Source: Eledone cirrhosa (taxonomy: Eukaryota). Taken from it: a DNA stretch of 64,000 nt. Positions 39,345 through 53,278 of this stretch are shown here, one piece after another. Within the stretch, counting starts at the first letter, position 1. Each line of letters opens with the position of its first letter. The notes under the pieces were generated by a model. It was not told where the DNA came from. It saw only the letters and a list, made by a program, of their open reading frames with translations, and did not search any database. Made by a program: the position numbers and the translations under genes. The stretch lies in the NCBI GenBank assembly GCA_964016885.1, contig OZ024764.1, positions 22,072,001 through 22,136,000 on the forward strand. Direction: 5' to 3'.

Positions 39345-39995
39345 TTGATGTATGTATGTGTATATACATATGTGTATGTGTGTGTATATACATATGTGTA
39401 TGTGTGTGTATATGTATATCTCAGTGGATGCGACCAGATTTCAACACAGCAACAACTACAACAACAACAGCAGCAACAACAACAACAACAACAACAGCAA
39501 CAACACCATCGTCTGTGTTGAATGTGTGTGTGTGTGTATGTATTTGTATATATGCGACAGCAATAACAGCATCAACACCATTGTCTGCAGCAACAGCAGC
39601 AGTGAAATGAAGGACAACAACAACAGCAACAACGACAACAACTACAATAACAACTACAGCACCAACAACTGCCACCACCATCACTGACCATCTACCACCA
39701 CCACACTGACACCATCCACCACCACCACACTGACACCATCCACCACCGCCATTACCAGCGTAAAGCAAACAATTATTATTGTTATTATTATTATATACAA
39801 GCCGAACTGGACTGGGAAAGGTCAACAGTTGACATGATAGTGATTTTGACGACTTTGATTTTGTATCGGTACTGTCGGTAATATATGTATGTTTGTGAGT
39901 GGTGTGTGTGATTGTATGCATGAATGAGTGTTGGTATGTGTGGTTGTGGTTTGTATGCATGAGTGTTGGTGTGTGAGTGTTTGTGTGTGCGTCGT
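39345..39995. repeat. Compound microsatellite/low-complexity block: (TG/TA)n, (CAA/CAG)n, (CCA)n
   Basis: Directly visible simple repeats. Confidence 0.85.
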
Positions 39996-40029
39996 GCCAA
40001 AAAGTTTTTTTTTTTTTTTTCATGACCAT

Positions 40030-43000
40030 GCTGTAAAATGGAGGGGTAGAGAGGGCCCTTGAGTCTAGTAAGACATCCTCTCTAGTGCTGGTGGCACAAA
40101 TAAAAGCACCCAGTCCATGCTGTAAAGTGGCGCTGGTGTTAGGAAGGGCATCCAACCAGTGTATCAATGCCAAAAAGCTTATCAGCACAGCAACAAAACA
40201 GCATAGAAAAATATGAAGACGTCGCATCTCAGAGTTGCAACACTTAATGTTGGCACTCTCAGAGGTAGATCTGCTGAAATAGCGGAGATGCTGGAGAGAA
40301 GGCAGGTGGATGTGTGCTGCGTGCAAGAGGTGAGATGGAGAGGTGCCTTTGCGAGACTAGTCGTAGGCAAGCGTCTTAGCTATAAGCTTTTCTGGGTAGG
40401 TAAGGATGATGGGTTAGGGGGAGTAGGCATTTTCCTGGCTGAGAAATGGATCAATAAGACAATAGAGGTAGTTCGAGTTAGTAATCGAATAATTAAGCTT
40501 AGATTAGTTGTAGGTAGGAGACTACTGACAATCATCTCGGCCTATGCTCCCCAAGCAGGCCTAGGCAAAGATGAGAAAGACTGCTTTTATGAGCAACTTT
40601 TGCAAACAACCACAATGACAGAGGACGGAGACATCGTTATGCTAGCAGGAGACTTCAATGGTCATGTTGGACAGCTCCAGGATGGTTACACTGGGGTACA
40701 TGGTGGGCACGGTTACGGTTCAAGAAATGAAGAAGGAGTGAGACTTCTTGAATTTTGTGATGCAAGTACATTGACTATTTGCAACACAAACTTCCAGAAA
40801 CCTGCCAATCACCTAATAACCTACAAATCTGGTCAGCACATAAGCCAGATTGACTTCCTGCTAGTTAGGCAGCGGGACAGGCAGATAGTGTCTAATACCA
40901 AGGCATACCCTGTGGAAGAATGTACCCCACAGCATAGGTTAGTTGTTAGTGATATCTCAGTAAGCAAGAGATGGAATGAGACATATAGGAAGGTGTGGAG
41001 AAGAAAGGTCTGGAAGCTAAAAGACCTTTCACTAAAATTCAAATTTAGGAAAGCCCTTCAAGATGTATATGACGAAAAAGAAGACGATTTAGAGACGTAT
41101 GACATAGATAATAACTGGAAGTTCTTACGTGACAACTTGCTGCAGGCTACTGATGAAACCTGTGGCTGGAGCAGAGCTCCAACCAGACAGAGAGTGACCT
41201 GGTGGTGGAACAGCACAGTAGATAAGGCCATTAGAGACAAAAGACTAGCATGGAAGGCTTGGAAAATGGGTGGGAGTAGGGAAGAATATACAGCCGCTAA
41301 GAGAGAAGCTAGATGTCAGGTGTACTTAGCACACAGGGAGGCTGAGAGTAGGAGGTTTGCCAATGTTCTGCGACGGGAAGATCAGAGGCGTGCGGTGTTC
41401 CAAATTGCAAGGCAGTGTGTCAATGCAAATCAGGATGTTGTTGGTGATAAATGTGTCCGGGATGATGCCGGTGTACTTAGTGTCACGAATGACCAGAAAA
41501 AGGAGGCCTGGAAATGTCATTATGAGAGACTGATGAATGTGGAGAACGAATGGGAGAGAGAGAAATTACCCTTGGTAGATCCGACAGAGGGACCAGCTAT
41601 TGAGATTGACGAATATAGGGTCCAAGAGGTGATTAGGGAAATGAAAAATGGTAAGGCGGCCGGACCATCGGGAATAGTTGCTGAGATGCTGAAGGCATCA
41701 GAGGACGTAGGCACTAAACTGGTTGCACGCATCATCAATCAGGCTATATATGGGGGTGTCATACCCAAAGACTGGTGCAGCAGTATTCTCATAAATTGCT
41801 ACAAAGGTAAAGGGGATGCTTTGGAGAGGAGCAATTATAGGGGTATAAAGCTGATAGATCAGGTTATGAAAGTGGCAGAAAGGATTTTAGCACAACTAAT
41901 TAGAGAAAGGGTCAAACTAGATGAGATGCAGTTTGGTTTTGTGCCTGGGAAGAGTACAACAGATGCCCTCTTCTTGGTGAGACAAATGCAAGAGAGGTTC
42001 TTAGAGAAGAATAAGCCACTATACTTAGCCTTTGTTGACCTAGAGAAGGCCTTTGATAGGGTACCCCGATCTGTCATCTGGTGGTCCCTAAGGAAGCTGG
42101 GTGTTGAGGAATGGCTTGTGAGGACAGTGCAAACTTTGTACAGAGGTACTCTCAGTAAAGTCAGGGTAGGAATGGAGTTTAGTGAGGAATTCCAGATACA
42201 AGTAGGAGTACATCAGGGTTCGGTCCTCAGCCCGCTCTTGTTCATTATAGTCCTCCAAGCCATAACAGAGGAGTTTAAGACTGGCTGTCCATGGGAACTT
42301 CTCTATGCTGACGATCTGGCTCTTATGGCAGAATCAGTAGAGGAGCTAGAGAATAAATTCCGGCTATGGAAACAGCAGTTGGATGCAAGAGGACTGAGAG
42401 TAAATCTAGCTAAGACAAAAGTGTTGATGAGTAGAAAAGAGGACAAAACCCTGATTCCGTCAGGGAAATGGCCATGTTCGATATGCAGAAAAGGAACTGG
42501 CATAAATTCTATAAAATGCACACAATGCAGGTCCTGGGTACACAAGAGATGTAGCGGGATAGCAGGCAAGGTAACAGGTAGGGAGAAATATGTATGCAGT
42601 AGATGTACAGGGAAATTAGACAGTAGAAGTCGCACTGATAGACACATTTTTCAAATGCGAGAGGGCGCTATAGAAGTGGTGGATAGCTTCCGGTACCTAG
42701 GAGATCAGATTAGCATGGGAGGAGGGTGTTCCGAGGCCATAGTATCTAGAATAAGGACGGGTTGGAAGAAGTTTAGGGAGCTGCTTCCTCTGTTGACGAA
42801 GAAGGGTTTCTCCCTGCATACGAAAGGCCGGTTGTATGATGCTTGTGTGAGGAGCGCGATGCTGCATGGTAGTGAGACATGGGCAGCAACCGCAGAGGAT
42901 ATGCGACGGCTGGAGAGAAATGAGGCAAGCATGCTCCGTTGGATGTGCAGTGTAAATGTGCGTGAACGACCCAGCATAAATGTGTTGAGAGAGAAACTGT

Positions 43001-43307
43001 GTCTGAGAGGGATAGAATGTAGTGTACGGGAGAGGAGACTGAGGTGGTATGGACATGTGATGCGCATGGAGGATGACCGATGGGTGAAGAAGTGCCAGGA
43101 AATGCCAGTTGAGGGAAGACGTGGTAGAGGTAGACCACGAAAAACATGGGCGGAGGTGGTGAGAACAGACCTCAGATCATTGAAGCTCACAGTGGAGATG
43201 ACGAGGGACCGTGACGAGTGGAGAGATGCTGTGCTGAATAAGACCCGTCCCACCCTTGCAAGCAGGGAAAAGCGGACGCAAAATGATGATGATGATGATG
43301 ATGATGA
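40030..43307 (+). mobile_element. Apparently intact RTE-clade LINE
   Basis: 5'-UTR motif at 40086-40160, a single open ORF and a (GAT)8 tail at 43283-43307. The 5' boundary and TSD were not identified. Confidence 0.9.
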
Positions 43308-43410
43308 ATGGGAGTGTCTGTCACAGACGCACACACACAAGTCTCTTGTTATAATTTTAAAATTTTTCGTTCAACAACACCACCAGCTTTCTTACTCTCT
43401 CTCACTCTCA

Positions 43411-43464
<54 letters not shown>

Positions 43465-43470
43465 TTATGA
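40213..43470 (+). CDS. RTE ORF: AP endonuclease, reverse transcriptase and PHD-like Cys/His insert
   Basis: Motifs ATLNVGTL, CVQE, SAYAPQ, GDFNGH, QIDF, QHRLV, FVDLEKAFDRV, GVHQGSVLSP, LYADD, FRYLG. No internal stops; the ORF runs through the tail into flanking DNA. Confidence 0.92.
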
Positions 43471-44523
43471 AGGTACCAGAAAAAACTCATATCTCGGGAA
43501 CCTGTGCTCTGATTTACGTGAAACTTATTTTATCCCATTTGTATTCCCATTTCAGGGTCAACTTCCTTTCAAACTATTTCCCCATTATGCCCCGTTTTGG
43601 CTGTATTACATTACAGACAAGACACAATCACAGAATTTTAGGTTTATAATGTTATAGTATCATGATAGGGTAATACAGTTATTACAAATTTCTGAGTATC
43701 TTATAATGTTCTTTTATTATTTCAGAATACCAGAGGACATTGGCATTAAAGAACACGTTACATCAGACATATCCTCAACATTAACCATTTCTAATGAAAG
43801 ACACTACCCATCATTTTCAAATAATTTTGAAAACACTCAACACTTTGAAGGGATTTAGTAATATAACTAAAGTTCTCAGTATTAAGCTGCTATTTGGAAC
43901 ATAACTTTGCACAATTTCATGAAGTTACAATGGAAAGTTTTTAGATAAATATAAACACTGATATGAAAAGGATAAAACACTGTTATATCAGTTGTTTCAT
44001 CAACACCATTTTTTAAAGACTAAAGGAAGCTGTTATACAGAACAGATACAACCTTGTTTATATAAATCTATGGGAGAAATACTGGGAAATATTTCTTGTA
44101 AACTCAATAACACTTCTATTCTTTGCTGTCTGGAATATGTAGAAGATACAAAATAAAGCTGAAGAAATTTACACATGATTTTATAAGATCTTCATATATT
44201 GACAAAGATGATAGTTGATGGAACTACAGGAGTAGAAATATTTCCATTATTACAGGAATAACTAATCAAATGAAGACCAGAAAAATTAGATTCTTCATTG
44301 TCTGGAATATGTACAAGATGATGTTATATGTATATTAAACTTTAAGAGATCTACAAAACAGTTTGTATCATCTTTAAATATAAAGAAAGACCAAAGTTGA
44401 TGGAAATATATCTGGAGGAATATATTTTAGGAATAATATTATAAACATAAAGAAGAAAAATATCCATATATTGACAGGAGAAAAATATTAAAACTGAATT
44501 ATGTGAGAAACTGAGGTGATTGA

Positions 44524-45489
<966 letters not shown>

Positions 45490-48400
45490 CTGTATCAATA
45501 TCAAACTCATTACATCATACAACAACAACAACAACAATTGTGTAGATCCATCATCCTTGCTAAAACTGGGATTAACCTTGTAGGTTTTACCTAGGACAGG
45601 GATCATAAACACCAGGTTTCCATTTTTGAAGTAGTGTTTGAAGATTTTGTGTAAATTGAAGTTTTTCACGTTAAACTTTGATTTATTATACTTTAACAGG
45701 TAAGATATATATTTGTATTTTTGGTAAAGGTTGGGAACTTCTGTAATTTAAACCTGCCAATAAAATGAAAACTGTTGTTGCTAGTCAGACATTGATATTA
45801 AGTCTATTGTCCTGTACATTGTCTCAAATATCACAGATTAAACGGATTTTAACAATAACAACAGAAATCAATAACTTGTAAGCCTAATATCTAGCTTCCA
45901 TTTTAACTATTTGATATTGTTGTTCCCCTCCTGTCTCTTCAGGTCTTTTAGATTTCAACTTCTATCTACTGTACTATTCCATCACCAAGGCAACATTCAT
46001 CTGGCTGGCAGCTTACATCAACTACAGATCTCATCAGTGGTTCACAACAGGCTGCCTGAAAGAAACTTCTAGATATCTTCTATGTCATAGCTATCAATCT
46101 CCTCCTCCTTATCATATGTATCATGTAGAACATCTCTGAATTTATATTTAACAGGGAGATATTTTACTGTCCCTACCTCTTTCTCTAGGTTGTCTTGTAC
46201 CTCTCTCACAGTCCTTGTAGATCTTATATTTAACAAGATCTTTTACTGTCCCTACCCTTTTCTCTAGGTTGTCTTGTACCAGTCTCACAGTCCCTCTAGA
46301 TCTTATATTAAACAGGGAGATCTTTTACTCTCCAACCCTTCTATCTCCAGATAGTCTTGTATCTGTCAGTCCCTCTAGATCTCTTCACCTTTATCTCTTC
46401 ACCTGATTGAAGTAACTAGATCAAGTAACTAGATGGTTTCCTATAAGTTAGTGTTGCAGTGTTTGTGTCACCATGTAAGGTTTATATCTATTAATATAGA
46501 GATGTAGTAAAGTTTTCACTGTTGTATCTCTACTTTCTAAATATCTTAATAATGTTTCTCTACTATTTCAGAATATCACATGACCTTGACAGAAAAGAGT
46601 CTTTTAAAGACAACAGAAAGATGTTACATACAAGTGATATAAACTTGTTTAGTCTGTGGTGAATTATGGTGAAATATTTCTTCTGAATTGAGATAAATAA
46701 CAACATATTCCTTTTTCACTGTCTGGAATATTTACAAGATGATTTTACATTCTGATTAAACTTTGGATATTTACAAAGGAGTTTTCAAAATATTTGGATA
46801 TTGACAAAGATCACATTTGGTAAAATTATGAACAATAGAAATATTTACATCAACATAGGAATATTTTCCAGAAGAGATGGGAAAATCATTATACCACTGT
46901 AATATTTGTGGTAAAGTATTCTCTCTTCTTTATATGTAGAACATCTAACTAAACACTTTAACTAACAAACTATTGTGCTATAGAATTGACAAACTCGAGG
47001 AATGTTTAATAAATGTTACAGATTTCTCCAAACTGTCGTTTACTAACTTTAATTTGTAGCTATATTATGTATATACTACTAAAACTCTGTGATTGTGTCT
47101 TGTCGGTAATTTAATACAGCTAAAACAGTGCATAATGGGGGAAATACTTTGAAAAGAATAAAACAAGTTTTGTATAAATTGGAGCACAGGTTCCCAAGAT
47201 ACGGGGTTTTCTGGGTACCTTCATAAATATAGGGAGAGAAAGAGATAGTGGTTGTGAGAGTGTGGATTGAAAAAGAGAGATAGAAGGAGATGGATGGAAA
47301 GGGGAAGAGAGAGAGAGCTGGTGGTATATGTGTCTATATATATATATGTCTATATTTTAACTATTTGAAAATTATTTTTAAGTGAACATGATTTAAAAAT
47401 AATAGTTTTAAGGGAACGTGACCCAACAGGTCCCGGGTGGTCTAGTTTGTTACCAAATACTAGATATTAGAGGGTCATGTTGTTCTAGATGTGCTGGAAG
47501 AGCCATTCCATCTCGTGAGGCTCACACCAGCAGCTAGCCACCTCAGCACCTATGGTGGTATATTTATTATATTATTTATTCTTTATCATTAACATTAATA
47601 TAAAAGATAATTATATATTTTTAGAGAAGAACCTTTTTGTTGTGACACCTACAGAACCACTTTACAGTGTAGACTGGGTACTTTTTGTTGACACCTACAT
47701 GACCACTTTACAGTTTGCACTGGCTGCTTTTTGTCGTGACACCTACATGACCACTTTATAGTGTGGACTGGGTTCTTTTTGTTGTCACCTACATGACCAC
47801 TTTACAGTGTGGGCTGGGTACTTTTTGTCGTAACATCTACATGACCACCTTATAATGTTGACTGTGTTCTTTACAGTGTGGGTTGGGTGCTTTTTGTCAT
47901 ATCTCCTACATGACCACCTCATAATGTTGACTGTGTGTTCTTTGCAGTGTGGGCTGGTTTCTTTTTGTCATATCACCTACATGACTACCTTATAATGTTG
48001 GCTGTGTGTTCTCTACAGTGTGGGTTGGGTGCTTTTTGTCATATCTCCTACCCAACCACTTTGCAGTGTGGGCAGTGAAATATCAGTAATGCACCAGCTC
48101 CAATATTCAGTAATCAGAAGAAGGGAGGTAGGCATAAAAGCCAAACTTGCTGTCTTCAATTAGGTTTTTGTGCCAACCCTTAGCTATGATCACATATCTT
48201 GGGTAATGACCAAAAGAATATGAATGGGAATACAAGTGGCAGATATGGGATTCCTCTAAAGGGTCTTTGAAGGAACTTTTCTCAATAAAGTGCATAGCTC
48301 TGAGATCAGAGAGTCACTCCAGGTGGAGCTGTTACTTCTCCGAATTGAGAGAACACAGCTGCAATACTATGGCCATGTGGTTAGAATGTCTGAGGAAAGA

Positions 48401-48850
48401 ATCACTGGATAGATTTTACAGGCAAAACTAACCGGCAGGAGACCCAGGGGTAGACCTGAGCAAGATGGTCACATAACATCCATGAGCTTGGCTGGTCTCT
48501 CTGGGAGATCCAGCCAGATCAGTTGGAGTGGGTTGCTTCTGACAGGACCTGTTGGAGGGAGTGTTTGAGGACTCTGCCCCCAAGACCCTCTCTGGAATAA
48601 GTGGGTTAATAAGAAGAGGTTGAGGTTACATCATCAACATCAGATTTCCCTGCTAGCAAGGGTTTAATGAGTCTACTTCAACCAAGTATGTACTGAAGTG
48701 AGGCTACTGATCTCCCAGACAGACCAAGGATCTGAGACTTATTTACATAAGGTCTCATTTGCTACTGAGTGCACAGAAAAGGTTGTCATGTCTTTGTCAT
48801 GATTGAAGGATTCTCCAACACTATTGTCGGGTAAGCTTTCTATGGCTAGA

Positions 48851-50233
48851 TGCAGTAATATCCACAACAAAAGCCAGATGTTGGAGCCAACTTTCATCTT
48901 TTATTTCACCTGTGTTTTGACCTTTCATCTCCCAAAACATAATTATTTCAACAAATAGAATCTTTTCAGCACTTTGTCACATGTCAACCAGCAGACTTCT
49001 GTGTAGAATGGAACATCGGTGAACTGATTATCCATATCTTCCAACAACTGGCTGAACTGACGGTGGTTGAGAGCACGGCCTCTGATTTAGTTCACTGTCT
49101 TTGTGACCAAGCTAAGCACATGATGCAATTTTAAAATCTTTGAACATAAATTTTGCTGATGAATAATAGTGAAAATGTGCAAATGATGAATCTAGATATG
49201 AGTTTTCTATTTTTGTTTGTAACTTGGCAGCAACACCATTATGTCTACCAACCATATTTGCAGCACTGTCAGTAGATAAACATGCAAGTTTACTCAGATC
49301 AAAACCATGCATACCCTGCTTGACCTTCTCAAAGATGTCCTGGCTTGTTATAGTGTCATGCATGGGAACCAGTTCAATCAGTTCTTCATAAATATTAAAT
49401 TCACTGTCACAGGCCCTGATGAAGAATGCAAGCTGTACTATTCCAGTGATGTCAACAGTCTCTTCAATAGCAATAGAAACATGTTCAAACCTTGATGATA
49501 CAGCCTTTAACTGTTGTTTCAGATCACCTGACATTTCATTAATCTGTTCAGCAACAGTGTTCCTGGTTAATGAAATGTCTTTGAATAACTCTGCTTTCTC
49601 TGGACAATTTCAGCTGTTTTTACAAGACATTGCTTTACAAAATCTCCTTCACCGTAAGATTTCCCACTCATGGCAATCATTTGACTGAGTTCATAGCTTG
49701 CAGTAACGGAAGTGACATTCTCTTCCTGAATTAACATAAAACAGGTCTGTTGCTGTGTCAAGTTAACATTCAATTCCTTGAGTCTTGAAACACACATTGG
49801 GCCTTCATATTTATCGTAAGATCGAGGGTTTGTTTCATAATGTCATTTTAAATTGTACTCTTTTGGCATGGAGATGTGGTTGTTGCAAATTAAACAGTGT
49901 ATCTTTCTGTTCACCATTGGGCAAAAATACTGTAATTCCCACTTTTCTTGAAACACTTGCCCTTCTTCGTTCAATTTCCTTTTTCTCTTAGCTGGAGGAG
50001 CACTAACCATTTCAAAAACAAAATCATTTGAAATTTTGAAAGAAAGTTTTCTGTTAATGAGCTGCACGTGATTAATGGCAGTTAAAAGTAGTTGACAAAA
50101 ATTGCACAAAAAAAATAATTGTATCGAAAAAGTTTTAAATTTTATATTACGAAAATGAAACATGCTCGCACTGTAAAAACCTTTGTGTGGGCCGCAGCTT
50201 TGCTTGCAAAGGGCCGCATGTTTGACATGTCTG
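48851..50233 (-). mobile_element. hAT transposon copy, left part deleted
   Basis: Paralog of 33474-34857 with the same right flank ATGTAGGT. Deletion junction CTAGA-TG-CAGTAAT. Confidence 0.85.
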
Positions 50234-51423
50234 ATGTAGGTTACCAACACTAGGGAGGGCAGCATGTCCTTCAGTGTGTTCTGCTACATTAACTACCAGG
50301 AGGTCACCACATGAGACAAAGACTACATTTCAAAGAAGGGTCATAAAAGAACTAAATACGAAAGTACCCACAGCAACAAGCAAATAATTGAGCTTTGGGT
50401 CTAGGTCAAGGGGCAGAAGTGCTGCGCCCTGTGGATAAGACTGCAAAAGTATTCGCCCCGGACGATGGACAGTGAAACCCTCTGCAACAGCCACCCCAAC
50501 CTCATGGGACTCCCTCTTCAGAAGGGCCACCAACGTTCTGATCTTACAGAGGAGCTTGGCAGTATGGGGTCCAAGTACTTCTGAGGTCTCGATGGTGACC
50601 AGTGTGAAGAGACCTACAAATGATGTCATCCCAGTTATGTTGGAGTGTAATATACTGGGGTATAGAGAGGCCTTAACCTGTCACAGCCGGGCCACCCAGG
50701 GTTGTGTCATCTAGGTACCAGACAGGGGTAACTAGACCATGTTGTCAACTGTCACCACCAATAGGAGTGAGGCGAGTGGGTCCCCTTGCTAGACACCATA
50801 TATAAAAACGTATTTGCTAATTACTTTAATGAATAATTTGTTTCATACGTAATTATTACTTTTAACACAATAGGATTTTGTACACGTGTTTTTTTGAAAA
50901 CATCTTTCAAAGAAGTATGAGACAGTCTTTTGCAGTCTTCTGGAGTTGCGACCGATAGATAGTATTAGCTATTGGAAAGACCAATGGAAACATTGTTTCC
51001 TCGGTCCGATTTGACTAAAAGTCGATCATTAAAAAAATATATATTTATATATATAGATATATATAGAGAGAGAGAGAAACACACAAACGTACACTACTGT
51101 AAAACATATGTAAGGGTAGACAACTCTCGTTACCCCCCCCCTTCTTTTTGATATACGCCCTTTAAGTACGTTGTTCAATGGTACCTGCTTTATTTTGTGT
51201 CCTAAGTAGATTTCTGTTTAAGTATTTACGAGATTCACAATGATTCACGTAACCAAGTTACTTACATAGAGATATATTTCACATAGAATCACAACAAATG
51301 AAAATATTAAGTCAACACTCTGTCAATCAGTCTCACATCACATGGGGTGCCGGAGTCTCCCTCTAATACTTTCTGAGACAGTCTTACCTCGAGTGATAGC
51401 AAGGCTAAGATGTTGGAACTACC

Positions 51424-51495
51424 TTGGGGGATTTGCAACGATTCCGGAGGATGCAGCACGGCCAGGGGGTCCTGTCTATTATATAGGGTAACCTC
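51424..51495 (+). promoter_or_regulatory. Putative RNA polymerase I core promoter/initiation site
   Basis: TATATAGGG at 51480-51488 resembles TATA-GG-type rDNA start sites and lies ~1.8 kb upstream of the 18S at the start of the GC-rich spacer. Inference only. Confidence 0.4.
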
Positions 51496-53278
51496 GGTCG
51501 AACGAGCTTAGTGAACGGAAGGGTGCTAGCCGTTGCAGCTTTCGGTTTACTGCGTAGGTTACGGGTTAGGCGTGTTCGGATACCCTATATGCGATGTCGT
51601 CATCGTCCACGACCCGCCCTCACGTTACAGCCCGTACACGCCGCCATCGACGAATTATTGCCTTTACAGACCGCCGCCGCCGCCGCCCGACCGGACCCAC
51701 GATAGAAGACGTTCGTTACCGCTGGAGCAACGCAAATTACTCCTAGGTTGACGCCAACAACGAGCGCCTTCCCGTCCGGGCGACGTAAAAGTTCTGAAAG
51801 CCTTTTTCGCCGAACCTCCTCGCGCCGCCTTTTCCTCGCCTATTCTTTTTTTTCTTTTTTTTTTTCTCCTTTTCGACGGCTAGCCGCATTTCGTGATCCG
51901 CCTTTCGATTGCGCTTCCGTCGCGGCAAAAGAATTGCCTTTTCAGACCGCCGCCGCCGCCGTCGCCCGACCGGACCCACGATAGAAAACGTTCGTTACCG
52001 CTGGAGCAACGCAAATTACTCTTCGGTTGACGCCAAAAAACGAACGCCTTCCCGCCCGCCCGGTCGGCGTAAAATGTCTGAAAAACCTTTTCGCCGAACG
52101 CCTCGCCGCTTCCTCCTCGCCTATTTTTTTTTTTTTCGTTCGTTCGCTCGCTCTCCGACCCTCGGCCTCGACGATTATCCGCCTTCCGAACAACCGCCTT
52201 TCCGCCGTCACAGCAGTAGGTACGCGTCCGTCGTAATAGCCGTCATTTTCATGTAGGAGCAACGCCTAAATGCCCTGCAATGCGTTTGACGACAATCTAC
52301 GACGGCGACGACGCGCGTCACTCTTCCTTGCTGCGACGAAGGTTTTCGTTCGGCTTTTCGTCGTGGACCCGGTCAGGTCATGCCGCTGACCTCGCGTTGC
52401 GTCGCCACTGCCGCGGCGGGCTTGGGTATAGCCGTAGCTACCCTCGTTTTGCCAACGGCAACGCGATATCTATGAAAGAAAGCGGCGTCGTCCCTCCCGA
52501 AGGGACACTGGCATCAAGTCCGGGTGTCCCTGCTTGCGCCACTGCCTTTTATTGGGTCAGCGTCGTCCAAGTTTGCCCCGGCATAGCTAGCCGTTAGGTT
52601 ACGCGACGGCGGCGCTTTTCGCGTCGTCGTCGTCTTTTTCCTAACTCTCTTCCGTTGACCGCATTCCGCCGCCATGTCGAACCGATTTCTTTTTTCGTCG
52701 CAGTAACGGCGACAGCAGCTGTTGAATCGAAAGCGGAGGGCGCCGCCGCCGCCTACTTGTCGTCTCTCTCCTCTTCTTCGAGGCCGCATGCTGCTGCCGC
52801 CCCGGCATCACGCCTCAGCTCGCACTTACGCCCAAGGAAACGCTTCCGAAAGCGGCTTCGTGCGATGCCATCGGATTGTAAACCGTCTTGCGAGCTCGTT
52901 TTCGTTTGTTTCTTTTCTTTTCTTTCATCGCCGCCGCCGAGGAGGAGGAAGAAGACTAAACGATTGGCCGGCAGCCGGCGGGCGATTTGCTTTGGTATAC
53001 GCCCGTTTTGTCGACGACGTCGCTGGGAGATGAGGAGATGATCTGATTAGATTAGTAAATGCCGCCAAACGCGCAGCGCCGCGTCCTTCTTCTTCTTTTC
53101 TCTTCGTTTCTTGTTACCTCCACCGGCTCGTGGACCGGTTGCCGACATTTGCGTATTTTTTTTTTTTTATGGTTACGTTTTCTTATTCCGCCTACAAACG
53201 AGACGAGACGAAATTCGCTGCTGCCGCCTAATTTGCGCTTCTGTTCTCGGTCGTCGTTTTGTAATTTCGTGCGGAAGA
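51485..53278 (+). other. rDNA 5' external transcribed spacer with a ~280-bp-period direct repeat
   Basis: CG-rich and T-tract-rich spacer directly before the 18S. 51652-51868 is repeated at 51931-52137. Confidence 0.65.

Noticed and set aside
39352-40326. Poly-N/T/V/L ORFs upstream of the LINE as an ORF1 or host gene
   Set aside because: They are translations of microsatellites with no domain.
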